Assembly: GCA_038320275.1 (NCBI GenBank)
Contig: JBBQEB010000078.1
Location: 1-16,969 of the forward strand
DNA: 16,969 nt
Reading direction: 5' to 3'
Source: Myxococcales bacterium
GTDB taxonomy: Bacteria; Myxococcota; Myxococcia; Myxococcales; Anaeromyxobacteraceae
In this document: in pieces, positions 11,067 to 16,969 of the stretch
Position numbering within the stretch: the first letter of the stretch is position 1
Layout: every line of letters begins with the position of its first letter
Notes under the pieces: model-generated
Databases searched by the model: none
Told to the model about the DNA's origin: nothing
What the model saw: the letters and a program-made list of their open reading frames with translations, nothing else
Position numbers and translations under genes: made by a program

Positions 11067-11088
11067 ATCGTCCAACCGGTTGGACGAT
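11067..11088. promoter_or_regulatory. Perfect 22-bp palindrome in a convergent intergenic region
   Basis: ATCGTCCAACCGGTTGGACGAT, whose core is related to the palindrome at 9463. Confidence 0.55.
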
Positions 11089-11318
11089 GAGGCACGCCCA
11101 CACGGCACTTCGCCCCTCCCCCGTGGGGTGAAGATCTCCAGGGCTGCGGCGCGCAGATCGAGTTCCGCCTTCGCCAACCACGCACGGGCGCCGGCATGCC
11201 GCGCATGCTCAGACGACGTGAGACGCAGGACTTCGGGAGAGCGCGGGATCCGCCTCGGCTGCGGCCGCGGACATCACATGCATGCGACCATCCTCGCTCT
11301 TCGTCGCCCGCCCGAAGC

Positions 11319-12005
11319 TCACCCCTCCAGGGTGAACCTCGGCGCGTCCGCCCACAGGCCCTCGAGGTCGTAGAACCCGCGGGCCTCCCTCCCGAAGACG
11401 TGCGTGACCACGTCCCCGTAATCGATGAGGATCCAGCGGCCTCCTTCGTAGCCCTCGGTGCCCACCTTGGTGGCGCCGCCCTTCTTCAGCGTCTCGTCGA
11501 CGTGGTCGGCGATGGCGCCGGCCTGGCGGTCGGAGTCGGCGGTCATCAGCACGAAATAGTCGGCGTAGCTGGTGAGGCCGCGCACGTCGAGGACGAGGAC
11601 GTCCTCGGCCTTCTTGTCGAGACCTGCGCGGGCGATCTCCTCCGCCCGAGGGCGCGAGGAATCCGGGCGCTCCACCCGCGCAGGCGCGGGCGGTGGAGCG
11701 ACGTCGAGCCGCTCGGCGAGCTCCCTGGCCGACTTGGGCCGCCGCCCGGGAGCCGGCGCCCCGCGCTCGCGGGCGACCTGGTTGCGGCCCGGCTTCTTGC
11801 TGCGGAGCGGACCGCCCTTCCGCTTCTCGATCTTCACCTTGGGGAAGGTCTTCGCCTTGACCTTGAAGGTGGTCGCCTTCGCCTTGAAGGTCTTCTCGCC
11901 CGCCTTGAAGTTCTTGTTGCTCGCCTTGAACGTCTTGGGCTTCGCCCGCTGGGTCGCCTTCGCTCCCGCCCCACTCTTCCGCGCTGCCGTCTTCTTCTTG
12001 ATCAT
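11319..12005 (-). CDS. rsfS: Ribosome silencing factor RsfS (Iojap) with a long Lys-rich N-terminal extension, 228 aa
   Basis: The C-terminal domain is DKKAEDVLVLDV...YADYFV...WILIDYGDVVTHVF...RGFYDLEGLWADAP. ATG 12005 lies 5 nt after the proA stop, with GAGG upstream. Confidence 0.92.
   Translation of the reverse strand: MIKKKTAARKSGAGAKATQRAKPKTFKASNKNFKAGEKTFKAKATTFKVKAKTFPKVKIEKRKGGPLRSKKPGRNQVARERGAPAPGRRPKSARELAERLDVAPPPAPARVERPDSSRPRAEEIARAGLDKKAEDVLVLDVRGLTSYADYFVLMTADSDRQAGAIADHVDETLKKGGATKVGTEGYEGGRWILIDYGDVVTHVFGREARGFYDLEGLWADAPRFTLEG
11833..11936 (-). repeat. Degenerate 21-bp (7-aa) tandem repeat within rsfS
   Basis: KTFKASN / KNFKAGE / KTFKAKA / TTFKVKA / KTFPKVK. Confidence 0.7.
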
Positions 12006-12010
12006 GCCGT

Positions 12011-13291
12011 TCAGGTCCTCACCTGGCCTTCGCCTTCCACCACGTACTTCTGCGTGGTGAGCTCCGCGAGCCCCATGGGCCCGAAGGCGTGCAACTTCGT
12101 CGTGGAGATGCCGATCTCGGCGCCGAGCCCCAGCTCGCCGCCGTCGTTGAACCGCGTCGACGCGTTCACCATCACCGCGCTCGCGACCACCTCGCGCTCG
12201 AAACGACGCGCGTTCGCGAGGTCGTTGGTGGCGATCGCCTCGGTGTGCATCGAGCCGAAGCGCGCGATGTGCTCCAGCGCGCCGTCGAGGCCGGGCACCA
12301 CCCTCACCGCCAGGACGAGGTCGAGGAACTCCTTGCCGTAGTCCTCGGGGCTCGCGGCGACGGCCTTCACGCCCGCCCGGCGCAGGATGCCGAGCGCCGT
12401 GGGATCGCAGCGCAGCTCCACCCCAGCCTCCGCCAGCGCCCGCCCCACCTCCGGCAAGAGCTTCGCCGCGGCGGCGCGGTGCACGAGGAGGCACTCCAGG
12501 GCGTTGCACACGCCCGGGCGCTGCACCTTGCCGTTCATGGCCAGGGCCATCGCCCGCTCCGGCGGGGCAGAGGCGTCCAGGAAGAGGTGGCACACGCCCT
12601 GGTAATGCTTCACCACCGGCACCCGCGAGCGCTCGGCGACGGCCCGGATGAGCGAGGGACCGCCGCGCGGGATGGCCAGGTCGATGAGGTCGTCGAGCTG
12701 CAGGAGCGCGAAGGTGGCCTCACGGTCGGGGGTGGGGACCACCTGGGCAGCGGCCTCCGGGAGCCCGGCCGCCGCGAGCCCCTCGGCGAACGCCTCCCCG
12801 AGTGCCAGGCACGAGCGCAGGGCGTCCGAACCGGGCCGCAGGATGGCGGCGTTGCCGCTCTTCACGCAGAGGGCCGCCGCGTCGGCGGTGACGTTGGGGC
12901 GGGCCTCGTAGACCATGAGCACCACCCCCAGCGGGATGCGGACCTTCTTCACCGACAGGCCGTTGGGACGGCGCCAGCTCGCCGTCACCTCGCCCACCGG
13001 GTCGGGGAGCGCGGCGACCTCCCGAAGCGCCCGCGCGATACCGTCCAGCCGCGCCGGGTCGAGGGCGAGCCGATCGAGGAAGGCGGCGGGCTGCCCAGCC
13101 TTCCGGGCCTGGGCGAGGTCGGCCCGGTTGGCGGCGAGGATGGCGCGCGCCCGGCGGCGAATCGCGTCGCCAGCGCCGAGGAGGGCGGCGTTCTTCACCT
13201 CGGTGGGCGCGTGGCCCAGCAGCCGGGACGCATCGCGCGCCGCGGTGGCGAGCGCGCGCATCTCCCCTTCCAGGCTGGCAGGCTGCCTCAT
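12011..13291 (-). CDS. proA: Gamma-glutamyl phosphate reductase
   Basis: Motifs [49 protein letters not shown] and GPMGLAELT. Its start overlaps the proB stop (ATGA). Confidence 0.97.
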   Translation of the reverse strand: MRQPASLEGEMRALATAARDASRLLGHAPTEVKNAALLGAGDAIRRRARAILAANRADLAQARKAGQPAAFLDRLALDPARLDGIARALREVAALPDPVGEVTASWRRPNGLSVKKVRIPLGVVLMVYEARPNVTADAAALCVKSGNAAILRPGSDALRSCLALGEAFAEGLAAAGLPEAAAQVVPTPDREATFALLQLDDLIDLAIPRGGPSLIRAVAERSRVPVVKHYQGVCHLFLDASAPPERAMALAMNGKVQRPGVCNALECLLVHRAAAAKLLPEVGRALAEAGVELRCDPTALGILRRAGVKAVAASPEDYGKEFLDLVLAVRVVPGLDGALEHIARFGSMHTEAIATNDLANARRFEREVVASAVMVNASTRFNDGGELGLGAEIGISTTKLHAFGPMGLAELTTQKYVVEGEGQVRT

Positions 13292-14433
13292 GCGCTCTCC
13301 GGCCCTCCCTCGAGGAGGACCATGTCGCTGCGGTGGACGATCTCGTCCAGGTACCTATAGCCGAGCGCCCGCTCGATCTCGCTCGACTTGAGGCCCACCA
13401 GGCGCCGGATCTCGTCCGCCCCGTAGCCTGCGAGGCCCCGCGCGAAGGGCGCCTTCCCGCCGGCCACGGCGATGTCCACCGGATCCCCCACGCCGAAGGC
13501 GCCCGTCACCGAGCGCACCCCGGAGGGCAGGAGACTTCGCCCGCGCTCCACCAGTGCCTGGCGCGCGCCGGGATCCACCAGGATGACCCCGCGCCCGCGC
13601 GCGGCGGCTGCGAGCCATCCCTTTCGGCCGCGCAGCCGGTCGGAGCGCGGGGAGAAGACCGTCCCCACCGGCTCTCCCCGGAGCAGGTCGGCGAGCGCGC
13701 CCCGCCGCCGGCCGGAGAGGAGCGCCGTCGTCGCGCCCTGGGCGGCGAGCCGCTTCGCCGCGCGGAGCTTCGTCACCATCCCACCCACGCTGCGCTCCGA
13801 CCCCGCGCCGCCCGCCATCCGCTCCACCTCGGGCGTGACGCGCGCCACGTCTTCCACCAGGCGCGCTCCGGCCTCCGAGGGCGGTCGATCGTAGAGCCCC
13901 TCCACATCGGTGAACATCGCCACCAGCTCGGCCTCGACGCAGGTCGCGACCAGCGCCGCCAGCGAATCGTTGTCGCCGACCTTGATCTCCTCCACCGCCA
14001 CGGTGTCGTTCTCGTTCACCACCGGCAGCACGCCGAGCTCGAGCAGCCGGGCGAAGGTGCGCCGCGCGTTCAGGAAGCGCTTGCGGCTGGCGAGGTCCTC
14101 GGCGGTGAGGAGCACCTGGGCCACCTTCATCCCCTGCGGCGCGAGCGCGTCGCCCCAGGCGCGCACGAGGTCGGGCTGGCCCACGGCGGCGCAGGCCTGC
14201 TTGGTGGCCATGTCCCATCCCTTGCGGGAGCGGGAGAGCCCGAGCCGCTCGGCCCCCAGCGCGATGGCGCCGGAGGTGACGAGCACCACCCGCCGCGTCC
14301 GCGCCGCGTCCGCCAGCTCGGCGGCGAGCCTGCCGCAGTTCTCGCGGTCGAAGCGGCCCGAGCCGTCGGTGAGCGTGCCTGTGCCGACCTTCACGACGAG
14401 CCGCTTCACGCGGGAGAGGGAGGCGCGGGACAT
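13288..14433 (-). CDS. proB: Glutamate 5-kinase with a C-terminal PUA domain
   Basis: Motifs [35 protein letters not shown] and GGMVTK, plus the PUA region (SLLPSGV...F..GD) and EIVHRSDMV. Confidence 0.97.
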   Translation of the reverse strand: MSRASLSRVKRLVVKVGTGTLTDGSGRFDRENCGRLAAELADAARTRRVVLVTSGAIALGAERLGLSRSRKGWDMATKQACAAVGQPDLVRAWGDALAPQGMKVAQVLLTAEDLASRKRFLNARRTFARLLELGVLPVVNENDTVAVEEIKVGDNDSLAALVATCVEAELVAMFTDVEGLYDRPPSEAGARLVEDVARVTPEVERMAGGAGSERSVGGMVTKLRAAKRLAAQGATTALLSGRRRGALADLLRGEPVGTVFSPRSDRLRGRKGWLAAAARGRGVILVDPGARQALVERGRSLLPSGVRSVTGAFGVGDPVDIAVAGGKAPFARGLAGYGADEIRRLVGLKSSEIERALGYRYLDEIVHRSDMVLLEGGPESA

Positions 14434-14539
14434 GGCGGAGCGGGGAGCATACAGCGTTCGAGCCTGTTCGCCCGCGTGCGTCCGCGAGCTCTTGCTCAGG
14501 ATGGGCGCATGGAGGGGCGCGGCCTCCTCGGCCCGACAC

Positions 14540-14734
14540 CTCGGGGCGGCGCAGGCCTACCTCGCGAAGGCGCGCCTGCGGACGGAGGTCCTCGACCTCT
14601 TGCTCTCGCGCGGCGGCTTCTCGGACGTCGTTCGCGAAGCGCAGGAGCTCGTCGAACGGGTCTGCAAGGGCATGCGGCCGCACGTCGGGATCGAGCCGCC
14701 GAAATAGCACGACGAGCGGGTGATCGCGCCCTGA
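14540..14734 (+). pseudogene. Truncated HEPN-domain gene fragment
   Basis: AQAYLAKARLR...FSDVVREAQELVERVCKGMRPHVGIEPPK*HD resembles the N-terminal half of HEPN proteins (AQE..E..LK...G..PP..HD). A TAG interrupts the motif just before HD, and the C-terminal half is missing. Confidence 0.6.
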
Positions 14735-14800
14735 GGCGCGCCGCCCTGGACGAAACCCCCAGGTCGCCCTCGGCTCCGAGGATGATTACAACAGGGTGAG

Positions 14801-16528
14801 ATGGAAGAAGTCTTCGGGAACACGCTCGGCCTCAAGCCCAGCCAGCTGCATGCCCTCCGCCGCACCTTCCGGCGCCGCGTCGACGCCGAGGACGTCATCT
14901 CGCCGGAGCTGGCGCGTCACCTCACCGAGGTGTCGCGCGAGACGAACCGGCAGATCGGCGTCCTGCTCGATCGCAAGGGCGACGTGCAGTCGGTGCTGGT
15001 GGGGGACGCCCGCAAGCTCGAGCTGCCCGACATCGGACGCGCCCGCGCAGGCTCGCACCGCCTGAGAGGTCTGCGGCTCGTGCACACGCACCTGCACGGC
15101 GAGCCGCTCACGCGCGACGACCACACCGACCTCGCGCTCCTGCGGCTCGACCTCGTGGCGGCCATCGAGGTGGGCGAGGACGGGCTGCCCGGCAAGGTGC
15201 ACTACGCGCACCTCCTGCCGGAGAACCCCACCGGCGCCATGTGGAAGGACGAGGTCGCGCAAACCGTCCACGACCTGCGCTACGACGCGCTCGGCGGCGC
15301 GCTGGCGCTGGAGGACGAGTTCGCCCGCGCCTCGGCGCTCCGCCGCACCGGGGAGCGGGAGCGGGCGCTGCTGGTGGGCTTCGGCGACGGCAAGAGGCGG
15401 GGCCGTGCCGCCGCGGAGGCCTCGCTGGAGGAGCTGCGCGAGCTCGCGCGCACGGCGGGGGTGGCGGTGGTGGACGCGACGCTGCAGATGCGGCGGCAGA
15501 TCGACCCGCGCTACCTCATCGGCAAGGGCAAGCTCGACGACGTCCTGCTCCGCTCCATGCAGCTCATGGCGGACCTGATCGTCTTCGACTGGGATCTCTC
15601 CCCCTCCCAGGCCCGCGGCATCGGCGAGGCGACCAGCCTCAAGATCCTCGACCGCACCCAGCTCATCCTCGACATCTTCGCCCAGCGGGCACAGTCGGCG
15701 GACGGCAAGCTGCAGGTGGAGCTGGCGCAGCTCGAGTACCTCTATCCGCGGCTGGTGGGCAGGGACAGCTCGCTGTCGCGGCTCGCCGGAGGCATCGGCG
15801 GCCGCGGCCCCGGCGAGACGAAGCTCGAGATCGACCGCCGCCGCGTGCGCGACCGCATCACCGCCCTGAAGCGGCGCATCGAGAGCCTCTCCGCCAACCG
15901 GCAGGTGCGGCGCAAGCAGCGCAACCTGCGCGGCCTGCCGGTCATCTCGATCGTCGGTTACACGAACGCCGGCAAGTCCACCCTGCTGAACGCGCTCACC
16001 GACTCCGCGGTGGTGGCCGAGAACGTGCTCTTCGCCACGCTCGACCCCACCAGCCGCCGCCTGCGCTTTCCGCGGGACCGGGAGGTCATCATCACCGACA
16101 CGGTGGGCTTCATCCGCGATCTCCCCGCCGACCTCGTCAACGCCTTCCGCGCCACGCTGGAGGAGCTCGGCGACGCCGATCTCCTGCTGCACGTGGTGGA
16201 CGCGGCCGACCCGAACCTCGAGTCGCAGACTCGCGCCGTCGAGGGCATCCTGCGCGACCTCGAGCTCGACGGAAAGCCGCGCCTCCTCGTCTTCAACAAG
16301 GCGGACAAGCTCCCCCCTGGACAGGCCGAGGCGCTGGCGCACCGGGAGGACGGCGTCGCGATCTCGGCCGAGACGCGGGCGGGGCTGGAGGGGCTGCTGC
16401 GCCGCTGCGACCAGGTGCTCTGGCAGGACGGCAAGGGGCTGGGCCGCGCGGCCCACGGTCCCGATGGCGACGAGGAGCACGAGCCGTCGAGGCTGTTCCC
16501 GGCGGCCGTGGCCCCGCTGCGACGGTGA
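14801..16528 (+). CDS. hflX: GTPase HflX, long form with an extra N-terminal domain
   Basis: Motifs DRTQLILDIFAQRA, GKLQVELAQL, GGRGPGETKLEIDRR, G1 GYTNAGKS, LFATLDPT, DTVGFI and NKAD. Confidence 0.96.
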   Translation: MEEVFGNTLGLKPSQLHALRRTFRRRVDAEDVISPELARHLTEVSRETNRQIGVLLDRKGDVQSVLVGDARKLELPDIGRARAGSHRLRGLRLVHTHLHGEPLTRDDHTDLALLRLDLVAAIEVGEDGLPGKVHYAHLLPENPTGAMWKDEVAQTVHDLRYDALGGALALEDEFARASALRRTGERERALLVGFGDGKRRGRAAAEASLEELRELARTAGVAVVDATLQMRRQIDPRYLIGKGKLDDVLLRSMQLMADLIVFDWDLSPSQARGIGEATSLKILDRTQLILDIFAQRAQSADGKLQVELAQLEYLYPRLVGRDSSLSRLAGGIGGRGPGETKLEIDRRRVRDRITALKRRIESLSANRQVRRKQRNLRGLPVISIVGYTNAGKSTLLNALTDSAVVAENVLFATLDPTSRRLRFPRDREVIITDTVGFIRDLPADLVNAFRATLEELGDADLLLHVVDAADPNLESQTRAVEGILRDLELDGKPRLLVFNKADKLPPGQAEALAHREDGVAISAETRAGLEGLLRRCDQVLWQDGKGLGRAAHGPDGDEEHEPSRLFPAAVAPLRR

Positions 16529-16587
16529 GCGCCGCGCGGACGAAGCCTGTGACGCGGCGCCGGAGGATGGCGTACCCTCGCCCGCTC

Positions 16588-16969
16588 ATGCGCGTACGAC
16601 GTGCCCTCGCGGTCTCTTCACTCGCCCTTGCCGCCGCGCTCTCCCTGGGCCTCGCCTGCGGCGAGCGCAAGGCGAGCCGGGCCGCCACCGGCTCGACGGG
16701 CGATGGCGCGCAGGCCGGCAACGCGGCGGCCGTCGCCTCGACCTCTCCCGTGGACGGCCTCGCCCTGAACGCCGACGAGGTGGCGAAGCTCATCGGCCCC
16801 TTCGCCTGGCGCGGCCAGGTCACCTGGACGGTGACCAAGGCGGGCGCGCCGGAGGTGCACGCCACCGAGGACCACCGCGTGCGGCAGGGGGCGAACGGCT
16901 CCTTCGAGGCGACGGCCGAGATCGACCCTGGGGGTGGGCCGGCCTCCCTCACCGGCAAGACGGTGATCT
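16588..16969 (+). CDS. Putative lipoprotein, 3'-truncated by the window edge (alternative start at 16567)
   Basis: An open frame to the window end that is absent from the ORF track: MRVRRALAVSSLALAAALSLGLAC-GERKASR..., with a basic n-region, a hydrophobic h-region and a Cys. Confidence 0.7.
   Translation, partial: MRVRRALAVSSLALAAALSLGLACGERKASRAATGSTGDGAQAGNAAAVASTSPVDGLALNADEVAKLIGPFAWRGQVTWTVTKAGAPEVHATEDHRVRQGANGSFEATAEIDPGGGPASLTGKTVI

Noticed and set aside
12006..12593. Upstream extension of the rsfS ORF (424 aa in the track)
   Set aside because: It overlaps proA in another frame. ATG 12005 follows the proA stop directly.
14705..14707. TAG in the HEPN fragment as possible pyrrolysine or read-through
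   Set aside because: Similarity is lost a few codons later and a TGA follows at 14732, which fits gene decay better.

Overview
Very GC-rich bacterial DNA whose gene content and protein styles suggest a myxobacterium/deltaproteobacterium such as Anaeromyxobacter (inference). From left to right: the 3' part of a secreted beta-propeller-like protein; a bidirectional terminator; a single-chain pyruvate:ferredoxin/flavodoxin oxidoreductase (nifJ, minus strand) divergent from an MFS transporter; a Phd/VapC toxin-antitoxin pair with a palindromic operator; an EamA/DMT transporter; a Cys-rich redox/sulfur cluster (rhodanese lipoprotein, FmdB-type zinc ribbon, DUF6132-like membrane protein, Tat-exported split-Soret-type diheme cytochrome c); proB-proA-rsfS (minus strand); a decayed HEPN fragment; hflX; and the start of a lipoprotein gene. 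The strongest hidden signal is that the apparent UGA stop of the FmdB-type gene is followed by a SECIS-like hairpin with the same spacing and GGUC loop as E. coli fdhF, so it probably encodes a small selenoprotein ending CGPVG-U-GI. Two related perfect palindromes (core GTYCAAYCGRTTGRAC) bracket the downstream half of this redox cluster.
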